A stretch of DNA of 64,000 bases from Pseudovirgaria hyperparasitica (taxonomy: Eukaryota): the NCBI GenBank assembly GCA_010093815.1, contig ML996592.1. One strand, written 5' to 3'. Under the pieces are notes generated by a model. That model was not told the origin of the DNA. It did no database searches and was given only the letters and a program-made list of their open reading frames with translations. Of the stretch, positions 1-13,160 are shown in pieces (position 1 is the first letter of the stretch; every line of letters begins with the position of its first letter). Made by a program: the position numbers and the translations under genes.

Positions 1-1146
1 TACCTTATAGAGGTAATTTTACTATAGATATTACTTATATTTACTTTAGTAATAGTAGTTCTAGAGATAGAGATAATATACTTATCTTCTTAATCTATAA
101 GAACTACTCTATAGATCTATAGACTATTCTACTAACTTAAGACTACTAGCTAATAGAAATAATAAGTTCTATTTCTATATAGAATATTAATTTATTTTAT
201 TAACTAGAGTAGTCTTAGAGCTACTAAAGGGAGGGTCTTCTTATATTACTATCTCTAGCTATAGTAGTATTAATTTTATAGCTCTAGAGATATACTTTAA
301 TTTCTTATTCTCTCTATTCTTAGCTAATTTAAGACTATAGAGATATATTTAACTAGTCTCTTATTTATATCTATATCTATATTTATAAGAGAGCTACTAG
401 CTTTTCTATAAAGTTCTATATCTACTATAGTAGTCTAAGAATAGATTAGAGTAACTAGCCTTTTATATTAGAGAGGTCTTTTTACTAGTACTATAGAATT
501 ATATTTTTAGCTTTTAGAATATATAACTTAGTATCTTTTCTTTAATAAATTATTTTATAGAATTCTTTTAGAATAGAGAATTTAATCTTTACTTTATTAT
601 ATTCTATTATAGCTTCTATTTCCTAGAATATATTAACTATACTATTTAAAAGTTATTCTATAAGACTAGTAATATAATAAAGATTATTAAATATATCTAG
701 AATATAATTCTAGTACTCGTATAGATCTTAAATAGTAAGAATATAGTTAATAGTAGAGGTATTTACTTCTATAATATCTACTAGTAGATCTTAGAGAGTA
801 GTAGATAGCCTTAAGACTATAAGAGTAGTTAAAGACTCTACTTTAGTACTTATAACCCTTAACTATAATTATATCAATCTTATTTAAACTTATTAATCTT
901 ATAACTCTTTATAAGTAGATATCTTCTTTTTTAGTAGAGCTATTACTATTATTAGTTTCTATAAGAAGATCTAGAGATATAAAAGAAGAGTTAGTATAGA
1001 GAGAGTATTAGAGAGATTAAGAAAGTATAAAGAGAAGAGAGTTCTATACTTCTTATATATCTTATTTTATACTTTATTAAATACTAGGTATATAATAAAT
1101 TTTATAAATAAACCTTTATTAATAGCTATATATCTATATATATATT

Positions 1147-1580
1147 AAATCTATAAATAAATATATACTAGATATATAGAAAATCTATAAATAAATATAT
1201 ACTAGGCGCTTAGTAAAATCTATAAATAGATAGACGCTAGGTATATCTCTATCTCTTTATTATAAGGTTTTCTATAAATATCTTTCTTTTATAAATTTTC
1301 TCTCTCTTTTCTTCTTTTCTTTATTAGCTTTAATAGAGTCTTATATAAGTATAGTATAAAGTAAGTATTTATAGAAAGACTTTAAATTTATATATATCTC
1401 TCTTTATATCTTCCTTACTTTAATAGTATAGTTTATTATTTTACTATAATAATAAAACTTATCTTTAAAATAATAGTAGAGTTTATCTTTATAGAAGAAT
1501 AGATATAGAGTATATAGAGAATCTATAAATAAATATATACTAGATATATAATAAAATCTATAAATAAATAGATGCTAGGT
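1147..1580. repeat. ~35-bp tandem repeats (AAATCTATAAATAAATATATACTAG...) in two clusters, in the Gypsy-1 3' region
   Basis: Three units at ~1147-1241 and two at ~1520-1580; flanking sequence is also partly duplicated. Confidence 0.75.
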
Positions 1581-2399
1581 ATATCTTTATTCTTATAAGA
1601 CTTTCTATAAGTATCTTCTTCTTCTAGACTTTCTCTTTCTATTCTTTTTCTTATTAGTTTTCTATAGAATTATAGAGGTCTCTAATAGATAGACTTTAAT
1701 TATATAACCGGCTTATATATAGCGGGTAGACTATAAATATACCCTTACTTATGTTTTTCTTTACGTCTTCTTTAGTTTAATACTTATATTTTTCTTTATA
1801 TCTTTCTTAGTTTAATAATAAGACTTACTATTTCTTAGTAATAATAGAGTTTATCGCCTCTTTTTAATAATAGAGCTTATTATTATAAGACTACTTTTTT
1901 TTAAAGTATTACTCTCTTTTATTTTAAAAAAAACTTCTATTCTCTAGAAGGAGATATTAGTCTTAGAGAAGTATATATACTCTTCTTAATTAAAGTTTTA
2001 TAGAGGAGAAATTACTACTTCTACTTATACTTATACGTTATTAAGATATTCTATAAGCTATCTATAGTATTCTTTCTTATTACTACTCTTATTATTATTA
2101 TATATAATTCTTTTAATAGATAGTTAGAAGGACTTATTACACTACTTACTCCTTATATTATATATAAAATACTCCTTTAGTCTATAGCTTAGAAACATCC
2201 CTTTTAGTTTAGTTCTATCTAGTTCTATAAGCTAGTAGATATAGTTAAATACTAACTAGATTCTATATAGCCCTCTCTAATACTACCTTAGTTTCTATTC
2301 TATATTCTTCTATTATTATAAATTATATAGAAGAATAATAGTATTAATCTATAATAGTTCTTAATAGAGATAATAATTATTATTCTATATCTGTCTTAA

Positions 2400-5300
2400 T
2401 TCTTTATAAGTCTATATAGTATAGATATATACTTCTTAGAGATCCTTAGATCTTCTCTTTAGTTATCTAGCTTAAAGAGTAAGTAAGTCTAATATTAATT
2501 ATATCTTATTCTAAGGGAGTATTTAGAATAATTTAAATTCGACCTCTATAGATATAATTAGTTTGTAGCTAAGTATAAGATATATAGTACTATATCTAAT
2601 ACTAGTACAAGTTATAATTCTATCTATCTATATAACTATATAAAGGTATTTAGACTAGTTCTTATATCTACTATTAGTTATCTTTATAAGGGTATTAGTA
2701 AGTAGTATAAAACTTCTTTTAATAATTCTATTTATATAGAGATTATATATAAATATAACCTTCTAATAAATTCTATAGAGTTAAAGAAGTTCCTCTATAG
2801 TATCTATATTCTCTTTTCTACTATTATAAGTAATCTTAGAAATAATTCTATATCTATAAATAACATTTTTAAAGAGAAACTTTATAATAATAGTAGACAT
2901 AGCTACTATATATACCTCCACCTTAGTCTATCGACTTAGCTACTCCCTTATAGATACTACCTTACTATATTCTATAGAAGGTAGTAGCGTTATTATACCT
3001 AGATATATTCTTTACTAGAGAATAGACATTACTATATAGTAGAGCCCTTTATTAAGACCACTAAGAAGTTTACTCTACTACTAATATTTATTATAAGTCT
3101 TTATATACTATTATATATCTCTATATATCTCTATCTACTAATACTTATCTTTAATTCTTCTAAGAGTCCCTTCACTACCTCTATAATCTATCTTATTATA
3201 AGTAGTAGTAATTATATATATCCTAGTATTCGGGTTATTAACTACTTATATATATTAGTAATATCTATCTCCTCTCTACTAGAGTATTTAGTCTTATATA
3301 AGAAACTTAAGATAGTTAGTTATAAAGGCCTTATATATATAATTAATTAGATTAGTTAGTCTCTTAAGTATAGTAAGATACTTTATAATTCTTTACTACT
3401 TATTACTATATTTATTAGTTAGAGATAACTTAATAGTAGTATAGTTAAGTATCTCTATTAAGTAATCCTTCTATAGATAGACTTAATTAATAATATTCCT
3501 AGTATATCTATATATAGAGCTATATCTATAGACTTATCTAGATTAAAAGTAGAGATATCTAGTAGTTCTTCTCTCTTATATATCTACAAGATACTATTAG
3601 TAACTATATTATACTTTCTAGATATACATCTAATTATAAAATTCTATAGTTAAATCTATATAAGCTATCTTATAATAAGTACCCCTAGTAAGTTAGTTAT
3701 AGTATAGTTAATTAAAGTAATAAAAGTATTTATATCTATTTCTATAATAAAGTATATACTATAGAGATATTAGTAGAACTTTTATAGTATATAGAGAAGA
3801 GCTTAGTACTCTAGCTTTATAGTATTATATTCTCTCTTATCTTTTAACTATATCTCTCTATTATACTATAATAGTTAATACTTCTAGTTCTTATTCTTCT
3901 ATATTAGTATAGCTCTCTAGCTAATATTACTTAAGTCTATGGCTAGAATAATATCTTCTATATCTATTCTATACTATAGTATTATTAGTACTAGAATAGT
4001 TATTAGAGCTTTCTTTAGTATATCTATTAAGGTCTATTCTATAGATATCTATTACTATACTAACTTATTCTTTAATAGTATAAATAGTAGTAATACTATA
4101 ACTATATATTCTAGAATCTATATATAGAAATATATATATATACTAAGAAAGGTCTATATATTTATTATATTCTTATAGGACTTCTATTCTCTAATAGTTA
4201 TAATTTTCTTATTACTTAGTCGTTTCCCTTTACTATTATAGATATATTCTATAATATTAGTAGCTTTAATATACTATTAAGTCTTCTTACTACTTAGAGT
4301 ATATCTAGTATAGTTAATATCTATAAGGACCTTATTAATATTAAGTAAATACTCTAGAATATATCTATAGATTCCGGGTAGTACTTCTTTAGAGCTATAC
4401 TTTATAGTAGAGTCTTTAATATCTAAGTTATCTAGAAATAGTAGAGCCCTCTCTAGAATATATTTCTATATAATAGTTAATATAATTCTAATAAACTAGA
4501 CTACTAAATTAGTAGCTCTCTAAGGTAATATTATACTATATAGTAACTCTAGAGATATTATAAAACCTATAAGGTCTTAGTAATATTCTACTAGTAGAAT
4601 CTAGTTATATTCTAAGAAGAAATTAATAAATATTAAGATAGCTATCTCTATAAAGTACTCTAAGAATTCTTTATATAATAGTAGTATAGCTATATCTTAA
4701 ATTATAATATAGTTAATTTTAGTTACTAAGTTAATTAACCTATAGTCTTACTTCTTATTAGCTTTCTTCTTCTTCTCTATAAGGAAGTATATATTCTAAT
4801 ATAGACTATTATAGAGTTTAAGCCTTCTACTATTAAGACGTTCTTTTAGAATTATTAGTATCTTTCTATAGAGAGCTCTTAGAATATTAAAGTTCTTAGC
4901 TTACTACGCCTTATACTCTATTATTTAGATCTTCTATAGAGGTACTATCTTCTTATTAAACTTACTAAGATAGAAGAACTTCTATACTAGTACCTTCTCT
5001 TAATATAATAGAATTATATATAGAAGGTTAAGCTCTATAGAGCGTAGTTCTATTCTAATCTTTAGCTAGCTTATATATAGAGGTATAAGGCGTGTCTCTA
5101 GAGAGAGAGATACTCTATAGAGTTTAATTAATCTATTAAAGATATTAAGCCCTAAGTATATAGCTAGAAGGAGTATCTATTATATAATTACTTACTTATA
5201 CTAGTCTAGATACCCTAGTAGGTTTTAGAGGACCTTCTAGTAGGCCCTAGAGCTATTAATAGAATATATTTTAACTCTCTTTCTTTTAGATATAGTAGCT

Positions 5301-5566
5301 ATACTAAATACTTTTAATACTTCTAGTAAGTATTACTACTAGAGACTAGTAGAGCCTACTATAAGATACTCTATTATTATACTCTACTTATATATAAAGG
5401 TAGTATATCTAGCTACTATAACTAGGGTAGCTAAGTTATCTTTTCTTAATAACTAAATAATATTTTTAGGCCGGATTTCTTTAGAAAGTATTCCTATATA
5501 ACTTATCTCTATATCTATATAAAAATATAGCCTATCCCCTTTATTAGTAGCCTTACTATCTTCCAT
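2400..5566 (-). pseudogene. Gypsy-1 pol relic (RT to integrase)
   Basis: Frames interrupted by RIP-type TAA/TAG codons; RT and integrase motifs as above. Ends approximate. Confidence 0.85.
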
Positions 5567-5572
5567 TTAGTA

Positions 5573-5611
5573 TAGATTATTAATTAAGGGTAGCCCTTAA
5601 CTAATAATCTA
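5573..5611. repeat. Conserved palindrome, copy 1 (inside Gypsy-1 polyprotein linker upstream of RT)
   Basis: TAGATTATTAATTAAGGG-TAG-CCCTTAACTAATAATCTA: 18-bp arms with one RIP-type mismatch. Confidence 0.95.
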
Positions 5612-8600
5612 GCTTAACTCTAGCTTCTAGAGATCTACTCTACTATATAGTTAGTCTCTAGTAGTAGAATTATTCTCTATTTCTAAGACTAATATATACT
5701 TATCTAGGCTAGTTTTAAAGATTATATTATAGCATGGTTATTTTATTCTTTCTCTTTAGCTCTCTCTTCTTATATCTTATAGACCTTTCTAGCTATAAAG
5801 TTAGAGGCGCTCTTCTTAAATACTATATAATATAAGTTACTATTAAGACTTAGTAGTTTACTAATAGTAATATTTATAGTTATTCTAAGAATATATACTA
5901 GGTATACTCTACTAGCTTCTATACCTAGTTATTATCTCTTATATAGATAGTTATTAAGCTTAACTTCTTAAATATATAATTTTTAACTAGGGTTTAGGTT
6001 ATCCCCTTTATCTATCTTATCTCTAAGTATTATTAGCTTCTATCTAGATATCTCTTAATTACTATTCTTTTTACTATCTTCTTATTCCTTAATAATTCTT
6101 ATATATTATTCTTTATATATCCCTTAGAGATAAGGTATTTTTCTCTTTCTAGTATAATTAGATATATTCTTTATAATCTCTCTCTCTCTAAGATTATAAG
6201 TACTATAGATTCTATAGAGGCTATCTCTTTATAAATATATCTATTACTAGCTATATTAAAGCGTCTATAAAACTCTATATATCTATTCTTTCTATCTCTA
6301 GATAGTATAATTTCTTCTTCTAAGTTACTATCTACTAAAGTCTTATAGTAGCTTATTACTATTTTAGTACTAATACTATATATTAGTATTCTCTATAAAG
6401 TATTAATATTTATTATAGATATAGAGATCTTTACTCTCTCTCTATACTAATCTAAGCTATTCTAAACTATTATTATATAGTTTTAAATTATTTATAGAGT
6501 AGTCTAAGAACTCGCTAAAAAAGATAATAATAGAATTTTCTTACTATTTATTCTAAAGTATTCTCTAAATACTTATACTCTATTAATATTTAGTAGTCTA
6601 TTCTTAATATATTCTACTATTTCTAGGTATCTATATATTAGATAATTCTCTCTATATATAATATAAATAATTAGTCTCTAGAGTCTATTCTAAATTATAA
6701 TAGAGTTCTAGATACTTAGAGTAGAGATATACTCTCTCTTCTAGATATAGTTTTATAGATAAATCTAAGCTAATTCTATAGATATAACTTATACTTAAGG
6801 GTATACTAAAAGGTTAAGTCTTTATATCTATAAGTTAATAATAGCTAAAAGTAATTCTAGTTTATACTTTCTAAGAGATAGAAATATAGAATTAGAAGTA
6901 AAGTAAGATTTTATCTTAATTAATATAAGGTCTAGTTTACTAAACCTCTCTACTATCTTATTAAACTTAACTAATTCTAGTATAATATAAGTCTTAACTA
7001 TAGAGGAGTTACTAAACTTATTAGCCTACTATTCTCTATATAACTATTCTTCTAAGTTAGTCTTCTTTCCTTCTATCTTTAACTTTTAGTATATAGCTAT
7101 AGCTAGTTTTTATATAGCTAAGTACTTATTAATCTAAGCTAGTTTCTTAATTACTCTAGCTTTCTATAATATAAAACTATAGATAGTTATCTAGTTATAG
7201 CTATATATATCTATTATAAGCTAATATTTCTCTATAGTTTATACTTTAAGACTATTAGATAGGCCCTTAAGAAAGAGTTCTATTTATAAATATAGGCTTA
7301 GACTTTCTTTAGTAGCTAGTTTCTCTATAATAATATAATACTATAAATAATATATAGAGAGAGAGTATAACTAGTCTACCTTAACTATTTCTATATATTT
7401 CTATATAAAGTAGATAGTTCTCTCTTTTAGTACTAAGTTAAATAGAGAGAATTCCTTAAGTAGCTCTTTATATAATATAGTCTACTCTTACTTTTAAAAA
7501 CTAACTATTTCTTTAATAGTAAGTTAGAGGTAGTCTTTATAGTATAATAGTAGAGATATTATTTTCTTATCTAGTAGAACCTTATAGTTAGTATATATAT
7601 CTTTATACTTTTAAAGAAAGGTTATAATATTTATTCCTTTAAAGTAATCTAGAGCGAGTATAGATAGAGAGACTACTCTCTCTTATTATATAAATACTAT
7701 AAAGAAGTTAAGTATCTCTCTATAAGTTACTAGGTTCTTACTCTAAGTTCTAGTTATACTATTACTAATAGTAGATATACTAATAGAGATACTAGAGATA
7801 GATTACTAGTTAAGAGATTATTTTAACTAAGAGTTAATCTAACACGTCTATCTATAATACCTACTATTTCTTTATTATATTAACTAGTTCTCTTATAAGA
7901 TAAGTTATTACTATTATCTTTCTTAATATAAGATTTATAATACTCTACTTATATTAATATTTATATATAAGGTATTTCTAGAGTAGTACGTTTATAGACC
8001 TTTATTTATAAGTAGTAGCTATAGTAATATTAGAAGGACTATACTATTTACTTCTAAGAACTCCATTATTATTATTCTTATTACTCTATTTAGTCTCTTT
8101 TTATATTCTATTTCTATAAAGTTCTTTTAAGTTATATTATTCTATAGACTAGTATATATATACTTTTAGTAGTAATTTCTAAGAGACTAGCTTCTAGTAA
8201 TTCTAGAGTTTTTAGCTTCTAGACTTATAGCTTTAATCTAGTAGATCTAGATTATCTTAGTAGTTACTTAATATATCTTCTCTATATCAGTTTAGAAGTT
8301 CTAATCTCTCTCTATAAGTTTAAAGTCTAGATATAATCTCTAAAATTATAGTAAGCTATTCTTAGGCGTGTCCCTTTAAAGAAAGAGATTTACTTCTTAA
8401 ATAAGATAGATATAATAATATTATATCTATCTTCTCTATATACTATAAGTACTCTTTAACCTTATAACTACTTATTAGTTCTCTTATATAATAGAATAGG
8501 TCTATATAATACTTATAATTAATTCCTTAATAACTATATCTATTAATTAATACCTATAGAAGTCTATAAATATAAAGAAAAGTAAAATACTTAAATATTA

Positions 8601-8768
8601 GTAATAGGAGTATATGTCTATCCTAAATAAGTAGAGAAACGTCCTTCTTAAGTATATAAATATACCATGTAATTAAGCTAGAGATATATATATATAGAGC
8701 TATAGATACGGCCTTCTATAATAGTCTTAAGAGAGAATAGAAAAGAAATTTATTCTATAGAAAGAAAA

Positions 8769-9973
8769 GGCTACGAAGTCTTACGAACCGCGTCCACGTC
8801 GTCATAGCTAGGCAATGCCTCTTCGGAGGTAGCAAGAGGTTTAGAGCGGCGTTAATGGCGACCTCGTTGTCGCTAGGTAGGTGGTTATAGAGTTTTCGCG
8901 ACGCGTTACTCTATAGGGACCACACCATAATAAACCAGCTAGGATAGTATATACTTCTATCCTATTCTTAATTAATATGTTAAGAGGAGTCTACGAGGAT
9001 ACCGGGATAAGAAAACCACCTAACGCGCTACTACTATGTCGAAAGCAGGCCTAAATCTACCTTACCATGTGGGTAGAGAAAGCGGAAGTCCTAGTAGCGC
9101 GATAGGACACCTCGAGGCTTAAATAACTCTAGGTGCGTAAGGATTAGCGAGAAATCACGTTAAGGGTAACTATAAACTACTACGGATGAACTTATTAAGG
9201 CTAACTCTCCTATAGTATTAAACTATGTTTATTAAGACGCCTAGCGCGACCACTAGTAGCGCGACTCTATTAAGACCTTTCGCTCGATATAGGATACCGC
9301 TTAGGTCTAGAATAGATAGAGCGGCTCCCGTATATAAGAGATGTTATAGTCTACCGTAGGAGGTAGGGCGCTAGTATATATAGATAATAGTATACGGACA
9401 TAGGCAAGAGGCGGCTATAGGGACCTATTAAAAAGTAGTAGAAATAAGTCGGGTTAGTAGATAGAGGATACTTAAGTCGCCTAGGCGCGTTACGCGAGTA
9501 TATATATATAGGATTTAAAGGATACTCGCCTATAAGATACGGTCGGCCTATTATAGAGAGATCCTTATAGGTAACGCGAAACCGGATAGTAGCTATACTT
9601 AAAGGCGGGGCGTGGTATATAGTAGTAACTACTAGCTCTAAGGACCTTACCCCTTTAATAGGCTCTAACCTTTAGTATATCTAGAAGTAGACGGGATTAC
9701 GTCCTAGCTAGGGAGACTACTATATAGCCCGAGAGAACGGATACGTGTATTAATTTATAAAGAGATAGAACGTGTCGCTAGACACGCACGCTAGTAACAT
9801 GAGTTTAAGGAGTAAACCTTATAGTTTCCTAGCTAGATAAGGCGTCGTACCCCTCTTCTAGTAGAGCCGGAGGTATAAGTCTAAAGGGGATAAGATAAGG
9901 CGAAAATAGGAGTAGAGCCTAATAGTATAGGGCACGTCGAACCTGTAGGAGTTATCCGACTTCGAACTAGAGG
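8769..9973. other. Unidentified RIPed 1.2-kb segment fused to the 5' end of a truncated LINE-A
   Basis: No similarity to the 5' ends of other LINE copies in the window. Lies inside the candidate TSD TATAGAAAGAAAA (8756-8768 / 22957-22969). RIP level resembles the attached LINE. Confidence 0.6.
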
Positions 9974-12900
9974 CTAGAATAAGAACACGCTGGCGTAGGT
10001 CTAACAGGCATCCCCAAAGGAAATTATAAATAAGATTAACGAATAGAAAGGAATGTAGTTAAGCGTCGTGGCTACTAAAGTTATACTAGGTAGGGTAGTA
10101 CTTACTACTATAATAAATACTACGTAGTAAAATATCTCGCGAGATCCGAACGCGATAGGTAGTATCTTCCCCGGCGCGTCTATTAGGGTAGCTATATATC
10201 TAATTATAGTATATATAGTACCCGTACGGGGATAGGCTATCGGAGCGGAGAATATTACGTGTATAGAATAATCTAACACGCGAAAATACCTAGGGATTAA
10301 GATCGTAAAAGCGTGGTAGAAGAATCTATAGGCGATTAAGACGACGGCGAAAAAACACTCTACTATAATTATAGAGCTCCGAGACCCCGCCCTTATATAA
10401 CGTATTATATAGGAGGGATTCCTAATAGAAGGAGAGCTCCTTATGGCCGAGCTATAGGATAGAACATAGGTAATAATATAGTGCTTTAACTGTTAAGGGT
10501 ATAGATATACTATATAAAGGTACTTATAGAAGACTAAGTGCGGATAGTGCCGTGGGGACCACGCTATCTAGAAGTGCCCTTATAAACCGTGAGGAGACGG
10601 ACTAAGAAATAGGGACATAGTATAGTGTTTAAACTATGATAGGAAATACCTATTATGGTCGTTAACGTGTATAAAACGTAAATAGGTTATAGAATATATT
10701 TATATAATAAAAGCAAGAGGCGCGAGATGGTTATAGAATATAATACCTACTACGAGCCCTTCCTTTATAACACCTCTAATCTCCCCTCTAGAAGGTAGTT
10801 AGGTAGGATAGTAGACTATCCTAAAGATAATAGGACGACTAAAAGGCATAGTTAAAGCCGCTGCCGCGCGAGGATAGTCGCGCCTCTAAGGAATAAGTAT
10901 ATAGATATATATACTCCCTAGTATCTAATAAGGGACTAGAATATACTCCGAATTATATAGGTAAATATATAATATAAAAGAGAGAACTAGGTAACGCTTC
11001 TCGAAGAGACCGGGGCTATAATACTCGCTATCTAGGAACCCTATAAATACTACTAGACGAGTAAACCAACTACACACCCCGGATACTATACTATATACCC
11101 TCTAGGACTAGAAAGATAAGTCCTCTTCTATATTTATAGGTTAATACTACTCTTATTATAGTTATATACCGAGCGCGATAACCTTAGAATAATACTATAC
11201 CTATAAATAGATATAGGCCCCCTATATATACATAACATATATAACTAATAACATATACTTATACTAGACAAGATGCTCGAGGGTACTACGGAACTAGGGT
11301 AATACATCCTCCTAGGAGACTTTAACCTCTACTACTAATAGTAGGGAGGCCTAGCCGTAGTTAGGGAAGAACTTAGAGTAAGCGAACTACGCACCTACTA
11401 CTACGACTTTCTATACCTACTTACACCTATAGAATAAGTTATATAGAAAAAATATAAATAGGACGAAGACGGGTCTACGCTTAACCTTACCTTCGCTATG
11501 GAGTATATTAGTTACTAGATCTAATACTACCGCCTAGGCTAGGTATAGACGGATTCTAACCATGAATATATAGAAACTATAATAAACGTATATACCCCGA
11601 ATAAATAATAGGGACGATAGATATAGAAGGATACTAACTAGGAAAAGTACCTAAAGGACCTAGAATCGACGATCCTAGATCCCTCTATAGTTAATATATC
11701 TAACGACCTAGCTATAGACTAGGCCGTATAGATACTCCTATAAATATACTAGAATGCGAGAAATAAACACGTCCTATACTAAATATACCGGCCCCCGGAA
11801 GTAAAGGGGATTCCTTAAGTATGGGAAAGTAGATAAGACGCCCGAAGGCTATATAGACGCGTATACTATATAAGAATACCCGAGTTATAGAAAGAATAGA
11901 AGGAAGCGATATAATAACGCGATAAAGTCCTCTATAACGAAAGGCGTAAATAGTGGCGTATAATTACTAGTTAATAGATACGACACGTAATAGGGCTATG
12001 GCGCATGGCAAAATAGGCTAAGGGCGTAGACACTCCGACACCCCCGCCACTTATACCTCCCCTAATATATTAGGGGAGAATATACTCCACGGGCCTTAAG
12101 AAAACTAAGGCTCTACGGGAGGCTATATTCCCTCTCCCGGAACTAGTAGACCTATTAGACGTTTACGGCGCCGAATACCTATATATAGTAGACATCCCCG
12201 AAGAAGTTACGGAGGAGGATATACTTAATATTATTAAGATACTTCTAAATAAGAAAGTACCCGGACTAGATAGAATTCTAAATTAATACCTAAAAAGTAC
12301 TATAAAAGTAACTCTACCGCTTATTACTTATATATTCTAAGCATGCGTTACGTAGGGGTACCACCCCTAGAGCTTCTAAGTCGTCTATACTATTATACTC
12401 CCGAAACTAGGAAAGAGCCCTAACTCCCTAAAGGGATAGAGACTAATCACCCTTCTCTTCTATCTAGATAAGATACTAGAGACTACGATAGCGAAGAAGA
12501 TAAGCACCGTAGTATAGGAATATAATCTCCTCTCTCCGAACTAGAAGGTAAAGATAGGTAGCTCCCTAATAATAGCTATCTAATATATTATTAAAGTCGT
12601 CTAGGCCGTATAGAAATAGAGACGGGTAGTATCGCTCCTCTCCCTCGATATGGCCGGAGCGTTTAATAAGGTAAACTATATAAGACTTATTTATAACCTC
12701 CGGATGAGACGAATACTAGAATAGATTATACGCTTTATATAGTTATTCCTTATAGGAAGAATAACTTAGATATATATCTCTAGGTACTAGAGCGAATATA
12801 AAGAGACGGTATACGGCATCCTATAAGGGAGTACTATCTCTCTAATCCTATTCCTCTTCTTTATAGTAGACCTTCTTTAAGGAATAAAGTATAATAATAA

Positions 12901-13127
12901 TAATAATATTAGTAAACTAGGTAGAGTACCACTCTATAGGCGCATGCCTCCTCTAGTCTAAGCTACTATATAAGAAGAAACCTACGAATAGGAAAAACTC
13001 CCTTATATCCATGACTACGCTCTGTCTATCCTCTCGTTCTTTTATATATATAGCCCTAGGGGCTACCTATGGGCCTATAGCCTATATTATAATAGTTTAC
13101 CCTTAGGTAGCACGTATAGGTGCGGAG

Positions 13128-13160
13128 ATTATTAGTTAAGGGCTACCCTTAACTAATAAT
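13128..13160. repeat. Conserved palindrome (3' site of LINE-B1)
   Basis: ATTATTAGTTAAGGG-CTA-CCCTTAACTAATAAT. Confidence 0.95.

Larger units (their letters stand above)
1..8723 (-). mobile_element. Heavily RIPed Ty3/Gypsy LTR retrotransposon (Gypsy-1); 3' end runs out of the window, 5' LTR probably ~8419-8723
   Basis: Minus-strand frame from 5566 de-RIPs to RT motifs (AWQAKNF, FIDFFSGYDQI, LPQGATNSVAQFVR, FLDDLGIKG, GIRRYILEH). Integrase core at ~2500-2950 (FLFENVICRYG...SAYNP..NG.IERG). LTR limits are tentative. Confidence 0.85.

Noticed and set aside
9159..9177. GTTAAGGGTAAC as another palindrome copy
   Set aside because: Only a half-site; the right arm is absent, so it could be chance.
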